Shown: positions 29,814-40,053 of the stretch, piece after piece
How the letters are laid out: every line of letters begins with the position of its first letter
Position numbering within the stretch: the stretch's first letter is position 1
NCBI GenBank assembly: GCA_963727825.1
Contig: CAVSHO010000009.1
Span: 64,001-128,000, forward strand
Source of the DNA: Ignavibacteriota bacterium
GTDB lineage: Bacteria; Bacteroidota; Ignavibacteria; UBA10030
Direction of reading: 5' to 3'
DNA: 64,000 nt
Translations under genes and position numbers: made by a program
The notes under the pieces: model-generated
Databases searched by the model: none
Seen by the model: only the letters and a program-made list of their open reading frames with translations
What the model was told of the DNA's origin: nothing

Positions 29814-29995
29814 GTAACAGCTCAGTATGTTTTTCAATAATGACTTTCTTTGCCTTGGTGGGGTCATTATTCTTTGACCTCACCCTCCGCCAACCAGCCC
29901 GCTGCGCGTTCTGGCGGGAAAGCAGGCGGACAAGTAACCCCCTCCTATGAGGAGAGGGAATTATTTTTCTTTTTACAAATATACTGAGCAGTCAG
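29814..29995. mobile_element. MITE-like element with terminal inverted repeats and an internal REP-like core
   Basis: GTAACAGCTCAGTAT ... ATACTGAGCAGTCA ends; the core GACCTCACCC...CCCCCTCCT-ATG-AGGAGAGGG is interrupted by a TCCGCC...GGCGGA / CCCGC...GCGGG palindrome. Confidence 0.5.
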
Positions 29996-30193
29996 AGAAT
30001 ATCATAAATGAAGTTGTTTTTTATTCCTGACTCCTTTACATTAAATAAAGCGCTCTGAGTTCCTTTCTCGATCGCAATCATTTTTCTCCGGAATTTTGTA
30101 GATGCATCGAATTCTCCGCGCTTCATAAACAAGCTCTGTAATCGCATCCAATATACGCAGCTTTCTTACTAATAAGCTGAAAGGATTCGATCC

Positions 30194-31681
30194 ATGAATA
30201 TTCTTCTCGTAAATCCAAAATTCCCTGATACGTTCTGGAGCTTCAAGCATGCACTCAAGTTTATCTCCAAGCGCACCACCTTCCCTCCGCTCGGATTGCT
30301 TACGGTAGCATCAATGCTGCCTCATTCATGGAATAAGCGTTTGGTTGATATAAATGTGCAAGACTTCCGAGAAATTGAATTGAGATGGGCTGACCTCGTT
30401 TTCCTGGGCGGCATGTCGATTCAATTGAAATCAGCACGAGTTATCATTGACCAATGTAAAACGATGGGAAAAAAGATTGTCGCTGGCGGACCTTTGTTCA
30501 CATCGTTCCCTGATGAATTTAATGATGTCGATTATCTCGTATTAAACGAAGCAGAGCTGACACTGCCGCAGTTTCTCACGGACATTAAAAGTTGCAATGC
30601 TCGCCATATCTACCAGACCGATCAATGGGCTGATGTTACAACGACTCCCGTTCCGATGTGGAATCTCATCAATTCGAAGTATTACTCTTCTATGAACATT
30701 CAATACTCACGCGGCTGTCCATACGATTGCGAATTCTGCGACATTACAGTTCTTTACGGACACTTGCCGAGAACAAAAACAAAAGAGCAAATGCTTGCAG
30801 AGCTAGAAGCTTTGTACTCCATCGGCTGGAGAAGCGATGTTTTTATTGTTGATGACAACTTTATAGGCAATAAGACATTGCTGAAGAAAGAAATTCTGCC
30901 TGCAATTATTAATTGGATGGAAAGAAGAAAGCATCCATTTGGTCTCAACACTGAAGCTTCTATCAATCTCTCCGATGATGAAGAACTTATGGACTTGATG
31001 GTGAAAGCAGGGTTTAATGCTGTGTTCGTCGGTATCGAATCACCAAATGAAGAAAGTTTGATTGAGTGTAAAAAGAATCCAAATAGAAACCGCAACCTTG
31101 TTGAGTCGGTCAAGAAACTTCAGCACAAAGGATTGCAAGTACAAGGCGGATTCATCGTAGGGTTTGACAGCGATCCGAGTTCGATCTTCCAGAAAGTAGT
31201 CGAGTTCATTCAAGATAGCGGCATCGTTACTGCAATGGTCGGATTGTTAAATGCACCAACAGGTTCAAGATTATATAAGCGGATGCTTAAAGAAGGACGT
31301 TTGCTCAAAGCAATGTCAGGCGATAACACAGATTTCTCTATGAATTTTATCCCTAAAATGAATTACGACTTTCTTATCAACGGATATCGGTCGATTTTAG
31401 AAAATATTTATTCTTCAAAACAATATTATACTCGTGTCAAAGAATTTTTGCAAACTTACAATCCACCAAAGGTTAGAATATCATTTGTGAAATCAAATCA
31501 CTTAAAAGCGTTATTGAAATCCGTAATCATCCTTGGCATTATCGATAAGGAACGTTTGCATTACTGGAGATTGTTTTTCTGGTCGCTCTTCACTCGTCCG
31601 CGAATGTTTCCGCTTGCTATCACATTTACAATTTACGGATACCACTACAGAAGAATTTTGGAATATTATGTGAGGGGATGA
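30194..31681 (+). CDS. B12-binding radical SAM protein (DUF4070 type)
   Basis: PPLGLLT, AGGP, SRGCPYDCEFC (CxxxCxxC), VDDNFIGN, FVGIES, GGFIVGFD. Confidence 0.88.
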   Translation: MNILLVNPKFPDTFWSFKHALKFISKRTTFPPLGLLTVASMLPHSWNKRLVDINVQDFREIELRWADLVFLGGMSIQLKSARVIIDQCKTMGKKIVAGGPLFTSFPDEFNDVDYLVLNEAELTLPQFLTDIKSCNARHIYQTDQWADVTTTPVPMWNLINSKYYSSMNIQYSRGCPYDCEFCDITVLYGHLPRTKTKEQMLAELEALYSIGWRSDVFIVDDNFIGNKTLLKKEILPAIINWMERRKHPFGLNTEASINLSDDEELMDLMVKAGFNAVFVGIESPNEESLIECKKNPNRNRNLVESVKKLQHKGLQVQGGFIVGFDSDPSSIFQKVVEFIQDSGIVTAMVGLLNAPTGSRLYKRMLKEGRLLKAMSGDNTDFSMNFIPKMNYDFLINGYRSILENIYSSKQYYTRVKEFLQTYNPPKVRISFVKSNHLKALLKSVIILGIIDKERLHYWRLFFWSLFTRPRMFPLAITFTIYGYHYRRILEYYVRG

Positions 31682-31740
31682 AGAATAGTAATCAACAAGC
31701 AACAAACAGCAATTGTTATCCAATTCTCACTATTAATTGA

Positions 31741-32619
31741 TCAATGCACATTGCTCGCGGCTTTTAGTGTATTCTTCATAAGCATCGCGACAGTCATTAA
31801 GCCGACGCCGCCGGGGACAGGCGTAATTGCCTTCGCGACTTTTGATGCAGATTCGAAATGCACATCACCGACAATACTATATCCTTTCGGCGAAGAAGCA
31901 TCTTCTACTCGATTAATACCGACATCGATGATGACAACACCCGGCTTTAACATTGCACCGGTGATAAATTCCGGTTTACCAATGGCGGCAATAAGAATGT
32001 CTGCAGATTTGATATAGGCTGTGAGATCAGAAGCGCCCGTGTGCGCTACAGTCACGACTGCATTTGCGCCGCGCTGTTTTTGTAATAAGATATTCGCAAT
32101 TGGTTTGCCGACTATATTGCTGCGGCCGACAATAACAACGTGCTTTCCCGATGGATCATTTCCGCTTCGAATGAGAAGCTCTTGGATACCTGCTGGTGTG
32201 CAGGATTTAAATGTATCAAGTCCGATAACTAATTTTCCAATGCTCATAGGATGGAAACCATCCACATCCTTTCGCGGATCAATCGCTTCAATCACTTTCT
32301 GTTCGTTAATGTGCTTTGGAAGAGGAAGCTGAACAAGTACACCATGGATTTTTGAGCTGTGGTTGAATTCGCTAATCTTATCCAGCAATGCTTGTTCGGA
32401 AATAGTTGCAGGCATAATTTCAGTAATAGAATAAAAGCCTATTGCTTCACATGCCTTCCCTTTCGATTTTACATACGATTGCGATGCCGGATTATCCCCA
32501 ACGAGAATGACTGCAAGTCCCGGCACAATGCCATTTGTTTCTTTTAAACGCCGAGTTTCTTCTTTTATTTCACGCTTGATATCCTCGGCAATTTTCTTTC
32601 CGTCTATAATCTCAGCCAT
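31741..32619 (-). CDS. folD: Methylenetetrahydrofolate dehydrogenase/cyclohydrolase
   Basis: IIDGKKIA, LVQLPLP, KDVDGFHP, CTPAG, VGRSNIVGKP, IDVGIN, ITPVPGGVG. Confidence 0.96.
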   Translation of the reverse strand: MAEIIDGKKIAEDIKREIKEETRRLKETNGIVPGLAVILVGDNPASQSYVKSKGKACEAIGFYSITEIMPATISEQALLDKISEFNHSSKIHGVLVQLPLPKHINEQKVIEAIDPRKDVDGFHPMSIGKLVIGLDTFKSCTPAGIQELLIRSGNDPSGKHVVIVGRSNIVGKPIANILLQKQRGANAVVTVAHTGASDLTAYIKSADILIAAIGKPEFITGAMLKPGVVIIDVGINRVEDASSPKGYSIVGDVHFESASKVAKAITPVPGGVGLMTVAMLMKNTLKAASNVH

Positions 32620-32621
32620 GC

Positions 32622-33461
32622 TTAATCCTTTGCGTTTTGACAATCTATTGTGACAAATGGAACATTCATGTTAAATCCATGCCTTTGTTCAGCCAACAGA
32701 TTTAATTTGTGTTCAATTCTCTGAAAGACATCCTCCTGAGATTCAATCGGCACCAATTCTTTCCAAGCAGTCATAAATATCTTCATAAAGAAATGATTTA
32801 GCATAGCAGTGCCATCTGAGAATTTGAAATCAAACTCATCTTCATAAAGTTTAATATTATAAAAATTCGATTGTTCCAGTAAATTTACAAATTCGGATAC
32901 CGGCCTTCGCTTCTCATAGATATGAGCATCAACCTTCAGCTGCAATTCGTTAAAACCGCCCTCACGTAGAACTTCATGGAATACATCATAGAATTCGGCA
33001 AAAGTCCGGTTTGTATTAAATGTAAATACAAATTGAGAATGCGGCTTTGACACACGGCTGCATTCACTTAACGTTTTAGAAAGGTACTGAACGTTATTAA
33101 GCCCGTTATTTGAAACAATCAAATCAAAAAAACTATTTTCGAAAGGCATTCGTTCAGCCACACCTTCGACAATTTCAATATTCTGAACACCTGCGTATTT
33201 TATTTTAAATTTTGTACGTTCAATAGCCGCTTTCCACGGGTCGAGACCGAATACTCTAGAAGTGGAACCCAGACGCATAGCAAGCTCTATTAATGGAAAG
33301 CCAGGCCCAAAACCTATATCAAGGGCATGAATATTTTTTTTATACTGGACGAGATTAAGCAGTTTTATTCCAAAAGGCGCCGACCAAAACGACATATCAT
33401 CAAGTGCAGATAAATAATCTGGGTCATTGAAATCTAATTCGGTTTTTAAGTACTGAGTCAT
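32622..33461 (-). CDS. Class I SAM-dependent methyltransferase
   Basis: ALDIGFGPG motif I, GLDPW, AERMPF..FDLIVSN. Confidence 0.85.
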   Translation of the reverse strand: MTQYLKTELDFNDPDYLSALDDMSFWSAPFGIKLLNLVQYKKNIHALDIGFGPGFPLIELAMRLGSTSRVFGLDPWKAAIERTKFKIKYAGVQNIEIVEGVAERMPFENSFFDLIVSNNGLNNVQYLSKTLSECSRVSKPHSQFVFTFNTNRTFAEFYDVFHEVLREGGFNELQLKVDAHIYEKRRPVSEFVNLLEQSNFYNIKLYEDEFDFKFSDGTAMLNHFFMKIFMTAWKELVPIESQEDVFQRIEHKLNLLAEQRHGFNMNVPFVTIDCQNAKD

Positions 33462-33491
33462 TTATTATCGTGATTTATAATTAAAACAGTA

Positions 33492-34289
33492 CTATTGGAA
33501 ACTTGGAAAAATAACTTGTTCAATCTTTGTTGCCTTGCCGGTTTCTGTATCTACCTGAATATATACCGCACACATCCTTACATCATGCTCGGCAAGCTCA
33601 AACTTGTAAGGTGTCTGGAATTGAAACCGGCGGATTGCAATTTCTTTCTTCATCCCTATCACAGAATCATACGGCCCGCTCATACCGACATCCGTAATAT
33701 ACGCAGTGCCTTTCGGAAGAATCCGCGCGTCTGAAGTTGGTATGTGCGTATGTGTCCCTACAACTACGCTCACGCGCCCATCAAGATGCCAGGCAAGCGC
33801 CATTTTCTCTGCGGTAGCTTCGGCATGCATATCGATAAGGACGACTTTTGTGTCTTTCTCAATTCTACTCAATGCCCAATCTGCCGTTTTGAATGGATCG
33901 TCGATAGTTTGCATAAATGTCCGTCCCTGCAAGTTGATAACGCCAATACGTCCTTTTTCTTTTAAATCGTAAAGAACGAAACCGTTGCCGGGATTTTCCT
34001 TCGGATAGTTCAGCGGCCGCAGAATGTTGCGTTCTTTCGAGATGAGCGCTTTTGCCTGCCAGCGGTCCCATAAATGATTACCAGTAGTGATAACGTGAAC
34101 ACCTAACTCGAAAAGTGTTTTCGCGTCTGCTTCATCAATTCCTTTGCCTTCGGTAACGTTCTCACCGTTAACAACACAGAAATCGATTTCATATTTTTGG
34201 ATGTACTGCTTGAGCAACGTCGAAACGAGCGTCATTCCCGGTTTGCCATTAATATCGCCTACAAAAAAAATATTTATCGGTTTAGCCAC
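33492..34289 (-). CDS. ymdB: YmdB/TIGR00282-type metallophosphoesterase
   Basis: GDING, NGEN, TGNH, DMHAEATAEK, GTHTH, TDVGMSGP. Confidence 0.9.
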   Translation of the reverse strand: MAKPINIFFVGDINGKPGMTLVSTLLKQYIQKYEIDFCVVNGENVTEGKGIDEADAKTLFELGVHVITTGNHLWDRWQAKALISKERNILRPLNYPKENPGNGFVLYDLKEKGRIGVINLQGRTFMQTIDDPFKTADWALSRIEKDTKVVLIDMHAEATAEKMALAWHLDGRVSVVVGTHTHIPTSDARILPKGTAYITDVGMSGPYDSVIGMKKEIAIRRFQFQTPYKFELAEHDVRMCAVYIQVDTETGKATKIEQVIFPSFQ

Positions 34290-34365
34290 AAATTCCCTCT
34301 ATGTGTTATGATTTAAATGTGATGTCCAGTATAATTTTAGATATCGATGCTTAGTAAAAAGCTGG

Positions 34366-35403
34366 TCAGTTCAGACCTAGAATGTTTTTGTACACCTGCT
34401 TCGTTTTTTCTCCTACCTTTTCCCACAGAAATTCCTTTTGAATGCGTGTACTCAGTACATTATCTTTTTTATTTTTCAAGGCCGCTTCTATTCCTTTAGC
34501 AATACTCTCTGTAGATGTCGGCTCAACATAGACCGCATCATTGCCAAAATAATCTTTAGTTCCGCCAACTGGTGTGATGACAATTTTTGCTCCAGTCAAG
34601 CCCGCTTCTAATGCGGCAATTCCCGGGGTCTCAAACTGCGATGGAAGAACAAAAACATCACAAGCAGCATAAGCTGATGCCAGCAACATCGAGTCATGAG
34701 GAATCGCATCGATAATCAATAACCGAGGATTGCGGCTTGCACGTTCAAGACACGCCCTTCCGGATGGCGTATCTTCTATACGTCCTATAATTACCGCCGG
34801 ATGATCGACGCGCTCAAGCGCTTCAATGAGCCGTAAATAATTTTTACGTTCAGGCCCGATATGCCCTACAGAAAGGATAAAGTTTTTTATCCCATACTCT
34901 CGTTCGAATAATCCTGATGCCGCATGCACAAATCGTTCTTCCACGCCATTCGGAACGACGATTACTTTTTTCCTCGGAATGCCAAAAGCATCAACAAACA
35001 AATTCCCTTCTTCAGTGGTGTTTGGTGTAATGGCTTCTGCCCAGCTGCACATCTCTGCGATTAAGCCGTAATCCGTCCAGATTCCTCGCAATTTGCGGCT
35101 TATAAGTTTATCGATTTTGATAACATTCTGAACCACATTAGCGGAACGCCGCGTATAAAAAACCGGCGAGATGACGAGAGGAAGTCCATGCGTTTTTATA
35201 GCACGTGCAAAATGGTACGTTGCCATGTTTGCTGAAAAAACATGCACAAGATCAAATTCGTTCGCTTGAAAATTCCGCCAAGAATCGAATAACGTTACAT
35301 GCACACCAAGGTTTTCCAATGCTTCTTTTGTTTGAAGCACTTGTATAAGCACACCACCGCGCGTTAATGCTGTCGCCTGACTTGTTGCAAATAAAATGTG
35401 CAT
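34366..35403 (-). CDS. GT4 glycosyltransferase
   Basis: VPNGV, ERKN, FVLPSQFETPGIAALEA. Confidence 0.85.
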   Translation of the reverse strand: MHILFATSQATALTRGGVLIQVLQTKEALENLGVHVTLFDSWRNFQANEFDLVHVFSANMATYHFARAIKTHGLPLVISPVFYTRRSANVVQNVIKIDKLISRKLRGIWTDYGLIAEMCSWAEAITPNTTEEGNLFVDAFGIPRKKVIVVPNGVEERFVHAASGLFEREYGIKNFILSVGHIGPERKNYLRLIEALERVDHPAVIIGRIEDTPSGRACLERASRNPRLLIIDAIPHDSMLLASAYAACDVFVLPSQFETPGIAALEAGLTGAKIVITPVGGTKDYFGNDAVYVEPTSTESIAKGIEAALKNKKDNVLSTRIQKEFLWEKVGEKTKQVYKNILGLN

Positions 35404-35412
35404 ACGTTATCC

Positions 35413-36966
35413 TTATGCTTTTTTCCGAACAAAACTCATTGCGGCATTTACACCGCGTACAAGCGGAATGCGATAGTTAAACCGCCGAATGCGCAAATAA
35501 TCATCCGGCATCGTCCATGCAGTGGATTTCGATTCCCATTTAACGGTTTCCAGCACAATTTGTTCTGATAGAGGGATGATTGCTTCTGTTCCATTTGGTT
35601 GTACAAGGCGAACGTACAGCGATTTGTCTGATCGAACGTCATGTAAATGCACTTTTCCGTTCGCATACTGTAATTCAGGAATTGATGCTATACGCATTTT
35701 CCACCAATATACATATTCATTCATCGTTTTTGCAGGTACTTTTTCATAGCGCATTTCTTGAAAAAGCCATTCCAATACATCAAGATGCATATCTCGCGGA
35801 TGATGATAAAAAATGAGCGGCTCACGCATTGCTATTTTCCGCTCAACAACATCCGCAAAGTACCGGATCATCTGCTCACTATTATATCCATTACGTTTCA
35901 AACTGCCAATACAAATTGGATGGATCGGCACTTGTAATACGCCCTCACCACCATGAAGCTGCGGTAAACTCGGCAGGTTGTCATAATCATACGAAAACTC
36001 TGATGAATATTCAAAACCGCAATCAATAATTGCACGGCCAAGTTCATCGTTCCATGTGCCAAATGGAGCAGCAAACCCTTGCAAACGAAATTTGGGGTCG
36101 CGTAACAACGCTTGCGCCTTGCGAATATTCTGAACATTGCGCTCATAATCAGGAAACGTCTCGTGATCAAAGCAATGCACGCCAAACTCCTGCTCATGCA
36201 TCTCTGCAACGAACTTTATAGATTTTGTATGACTTTTAGCATCAATGAACCAAGTCGCAGAAAGCCCATTACGATGGACAATATGAGATAAATCTTTCAA
36301 CTGTTCATCTGTTCCATTGTCCGTATCAATTCGGAAGCAGAACAACGAGCGTGCACCATTTGGAAAGCTCCAGAGATGAACAAACGGTAATCCACGGCGG
36401 TGATGAAGAAGTTCAAGACAACGCAAGACTAATGCACGGATTTCTACTTTTGAAACCCTTGAAACAGTTTCAAATGGAAGTCGGCGTTCCGGTGAATAAA
36501 ACGATTTGATTGCTGCACGCTGATCTAATACCAATGCCGCAGGATCAAACGGTAAAGCGATAACCAAATCATCCGGTTGTGTTCCAACGTGAGCCGCAAA
36601 ACTGCCTCGGTTGGTCTTTAGGTCGTTAGCATTCCAAGCAAGCTGGCATCGAGAATAAATATCGACGATGCCAAGCGGATGGAACACCGAATTATGTCCA
36701 GGATAAATATAATCGATATATGCTAATTGAGCAGTTATTTGCCGGATACGCGCATATACTTTTACCGAACACAAAACTGCACCTCCGAGCCCAAGGTATT
36801 GTCGAAGCATTTCCGATTCACGATCATCCACCGTATCACTCGCCACCACAGCACTGAATTCATCCGGAAGCAATGAATCCGTAACAATCACATGCGGCAC
36901 ACCGATCTGCTGAAGAATGGCACGCCAACCGGAGTGTCCGCCAAGAATTCCGATTTTCAAGTTCAT
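35413..36966 (-). CDS. Polysaccharide deacetylase-like protein
   Basis: FRIDTD, ATWF, GVHCFDH, GFAAPFG, FEYSS, FYHHP; lies in a glycosyltransferase/flippase cluster. Confidence 0.6.
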   Translation of the reverse strand: MNLKIGILGGHSGWRAILQQIGVPHVIVTDSLLPDEFSAVVASDTVDDRESEMLRQYLGLGGAVLCSVKVYARIRQITAQLAYIDYIYPGHNSVFHPLGIVDIYSRCQLAWNANDLKTNRGSFAAHVGTQPDDLVIALPFDPAALVLDQRAAIKSFYSPERRLPFETVSRVSKVEIRALVLRCLELLHHRRGLPFVHLWSFPNGARSLFCFRIDTDNGTDEQLKDLSHIVHRNGLSATWFIDAKSHTKSIKFVAEMHEQEFGVHCFDHETFPDYERNVQNIRKAQALLRDPKFRLQGFAAPFGTWNDELGRAIIDCGFEYSSEFSYDYDNLPSLPQLHGGEGVLQVPIHPICIGSLKRNGYNSEQMIRYFADVVERKIAMREPLIFYHHPRDMHLDVLEWLFQEMRYEKVPAKTMNEYVYWWKMRIASIPELQYANGKVHLHDVRSDKSLYVRLVQPNGTEAIIPLSEQIVLETVKWESKSTAWTMPDDYLRIRRFNYRIPLVRGVNAAMSFVRKKA

Positions 36967-38354
36967 TAGAACCTCATTATTAATGTCTTGACATCATTCC
37001 AAACGACGGCACGCAGAAGTATTAATGTAAGGCAATAACATACAATACCACAGAGAATTCCCCACGACAATCCATACGGAAAAACAAATGCAACACAAAC
37101 TGCCATTACCGCTACAGACAGAAGCACACGTAAAAATTTTTCCGGCCGATGAATAGGAACGATTTGCTGAAGTGCATGCTTCATTAATAGAACACTTATG
37201 CCTTCAGATATAACAACACCGAAGGCAGCTCCAATCGCTCCAAATAAATACGCCCCGGCAGTGACAGTGACAAGATATACGAAAGCCGTTACGAGCATAA
37301 TTCTTCCATACGATTTATCTCCACCAACACCAATTAATCCAGCAGAATACACCGTGTGCAGCATCGTAATAAAGAAATACCAAATAAACACTTGAAACAC
37401 TGCAATCGATGAACCGTACTCGACTCCATAGATTATCGTAATAAGTTTGCTTGCGATCAATATTCCACCAACCGCAATAGGCAGACTTATGATGAGAATC
37501 CATCGTATCGCATCAGTCAGCATGAGATTGAATGTTTCCGGCGAATCTGTGTACTTGCGTGCTGATGCTGGCAAAAGAAGCAAAACGAGAATTCGATCGC
37601 CCATCAGCAAAAAATAAACTAATTTGCTTGCCGCACTGTATATGCCGACATTTGCTGTAGTTGTAAAAATACCAAGCGCAAGCGATGGGTAATTAATAAC
37701 TAAAGTTGTAAGAATAATCCCAACTGCTAGTGGAATTGACTCCTTTAAAAGACGCAGTGAAGGTTTGATGCGAATTTGAATACCGGGATGCGTTTTGCGA
37801 AATTGTGTAAACAGCAGCGTCGACGCCACACATTCACCGGCGATACTTCCAATTGCTACCCATAAAATATCGTTGACTGTTCTGACAAAAATAAGAACAA
37901 CCGCAAGATAAATAACCGCCTGCATTACTCTCGCCGCACTGACAATCCCTAATTTTTCTTTTCCTTGAAAGAACCAATCGACAAAAAATATTTGCGGCAG
38001 CACAGCGCATGAAAATAATATAATGAGCCACGCGAGAGTTGTATTCTGAACCGCAGTCAACACTACGAACGCAACCACAAGAAGAACGATAATTGTAGCG
38101 ATCATTCTGCTTCCGATTACGTTGCCCACCAATTCTGGCGGTTCACCCTGGGCTATTTTCTTTGTCCCGAGTGTAGGAAATCCGGCCCCGCTCAAGACCA
38201 TAACATATGCGAGAACTGCAAAGCCAAAATTGACCTCACCGAAACCTTCTTTCCCTAAAATGCGAGCCAGATATGCGACAGAAATAAAACCTAATAACCG
38301 ACGCGCTACGTCTGCGGAAAAAAGCGAAAGAAGATTTTTAGAAAGCCGTTTCAT
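36966..38354 (-). CDS. Wzx-type polysaccharide flippase
   Basis: YLARILG..GFG, DWFFQG, VGIYSAASKL; many transmembrane helices. Confidence 0.85.
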   Translation of the reverse strand: MKRLSKNLLSLFSADVARRLLGFISVAYLARILGKEGFGEVNFGFAVLAYVMVLSGAGFPTLGTKKIAQGEPPELVGNVIGSRMIATIIVLLVVAFVVLTAVQNTTLAWLIILFSCAVLPQIFFVDWFFQGKEKLGIVSAARVMQAVIYLAVVLIFVRTVNDILWVAIGSIAGECVASTLLFTQFRKTHPGIQIRIKPSLRLLKESIPLAVGIILTTLVINYPSLALGIFTTTANVGIYSAASKLVYFLLMGDRILVLLLLPASARKYTDSPETFNLMLTDAIRWILIISLPIAVGGILIASKLITIIYGVEYGSSIAVFQVFIWYFFITMLHTVYSAGLIGVGGDKSYGRIMLVTAFVYLVTVTAGAYLFGAIGAAFGVVISEGISVLLMKHALQQIVPIHRPEKFLRVLLSVAVMAVCVAFVFPYGLSWGILCGIVCYCLTLILLRAVVWNDVKTLIMRF

Positions 38355-39526
38355 GGATGCTTTACTGCTCTTGCGTAAACTTCATACGTTAGTCTTCCAA
38401 TATTCGACCACGAATATTTCTGCTCGGCGAATTCAATTATATGCGAGCAGGTTTGTTCACGCTGATGGAACAAGTTACTGTTGAAAAACAGTTGAATTTT
38501 CTCTGCCATATCTTTGCTATCGTCCGGCTTGCAGATGAAACCTGTTACCCCGTCGATAACGTCTTCGTGAAAACTACCAACGTCCGTTGCGATTATCGGT
38601 AAGCCAAATCGGTATGCAAGAAAAATTACACCGCTCTGAAAAATTTTTTCATAAGGCAAGACAAGGCAATCCGCAGCAGCGAAGTACGTTTCCACTTCAT
38701 CAACTGGAATAAACTGCAATCGGAATAAAACATTTTTCCCGGGTAGAATTTTTGCTGCCTGCGATTTTAATTTTTCCGCATATTTCAGCTCCCGCTTTGG
38801 TTTGCCTGCGATTATCAGCACAATTTCTGGATTTTCTCTGACAAGCAAAGATGCCGCATCAATCAACTTTTCTACACCTTTGTATTCATCAATCTGACCA
38901 AAGAAAAGAATTGCATGCGCAGTTGATTCAATACCGAGTTTTTCGCGCGCCTCTTTTTGCGATAAGCCGCGCCGCGGTATTCGATTATTGATTCCATGTG
39001 GAATGACAACAACTTTTTCCGGGGAGAGGTTAAAGAGCGAACAAAGCTCTTCCTTCATCTTTTGCGTATGAACAATAATACAATCCATAAGGTGATACAT
39101 AATCTTGAGTGAAATCCAGCGAAGAAAGGTCGCTCGTCCGTCGCGATCGTCCTTATAAATATTGTGCGCAGTATGAACTAACTTTTTATCGAACATCTTA
39201 TAATAGAGGATTAAAACAGTCCGATCAATTAGAGAAATACTGTTTTCCCATTGAATATGAAAAATTTCTGATCGTGTATGCGCAGTGTACCATATAAGTC
39301 GTAAGTAGTACTTATTAATATACCAAGCTTTTGCAAAGAGAGATTGTGGTGAAAGATTATCTCCGCGCAGATTGAAGAGTGTAGTACGCGGGAAAGCATC
39401 AACGACACCGACTGAACTATCGGAGTCAACAACTTCTATCTCCAGTGTTTGTATTGCTGAAAGTCCGGAGACGATTCCGTAAAGATAATCGGTCTGTTGA
39501 CCGGCATTAAGAATGGAGATTTTCAT
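38351..39526 (-). CDS. GT4 glycosyltransferase
   Basis: HTAHN, IPHG, FFGQIDEYKG, VLPY..QSGV, ATDVG. Confidence 0.85.
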   Translation of the reverse strand: MKISILNAGQQTDYLYGIVSGLSAIQTLEIEVVDSDSSVGVVDAFPRTTLFNLRGDNLSPQSLFAKAWYINKYYLRLIWYTAHTRSEIFHIQWENSISLIDRTVLILYYKMFDKKLVHTAHNIYKDDRDGRATFLRWISLKIMYHLMDCIIVHTQKMKEELCSLFNLSPEKVVVIPHGINNRIPRRGLSQKEAREKLGIESTAHAILFFGQIDEYKGVEKLIDAASLLVRENPEIVLIIAGKPKRELKYAEKLKSQAAKILPGKNVLFRLQFIPVDEVETYFAAADCLVLPYEKIFQSGVIFLAYRFGLPIIATDVGSFHEDVIDGVTGFICKPDDSKDMAEKIQLFFNSNLFHQREQTCSHIIEFAEQKYSWSNIGRLTYEVYARAVKHP

Positions 39527-39541
39527 AAGCGGGACGATCTA

Positions 39542-40030
39542 TTAGTCCACTTCTACCTCAAGCTTGACAATATTATATCCTTTCATCGTGTCGACCACCC
39601 CGAAGATAACGCCTATAAAGACAACGACCATACCGCAAAGGAACATAGTGAGAATTAAATAACCGAGCAGAAGCATTGGCACAAAATAGTCAGCGCCAAT
39701 CAATAACGATGTGACAACGAACAAGCCCACTGCTCCGAGGTAACAAGATACTGAATCCCGGATGAGACGCGCTCGGTCCAGAAGTCCTACTACCTGCCGA
39801 GTTATACTTTCAATGCGATGGTTCTCAGCGGGATGAAAATCCCGTTCCGCTGCATTGAAGATTATCTTCCTTTTTTCTTCAGTTAATATCCTGATGCGAT
39901 TGAGTACAGCAGTGAATTTATTGTTAATGCCAAGCAACAAAAGGCCGCATGCACTGATCATTACACCTGGAGCAAGAATCAGCTGAATGGCTTGGATGAC
40001 AGATATGTTTTCAGAAAGATTCGGATTCAT
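39542..40030 (-). CDS. DUF2721-like membrane protein
   Basis: IQLILAPGVMISACGLLLL..NRIR; three hydrophobic helices. Confidence 0.65.
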   Translation of the reverse strand: MNPNLSENISVIQAIQLILAPGVMISACGLLLLGINNKFTAVLNRIRILTEEKRKIIFNAAERDFHPAENHRIESITRQVVGLLDRARLIRDSVSCYLGAVGLFVVTSLLIGADYFVPMLLLGYLILTMFLCGMVVVFIGVIFGVVDTMKGYNIVKLEVEVD

Positions 40031-40053
40031 TCGTTTCGACCTTTACATTCTGA

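Noticed and set aside
30194-31681. B12-binding radical SAM protein as part of the demethylation system
   Set aside because: It lies outside the island boundary, has no operator copy and belongs to a widespread family. Proximity alone is insufficient.
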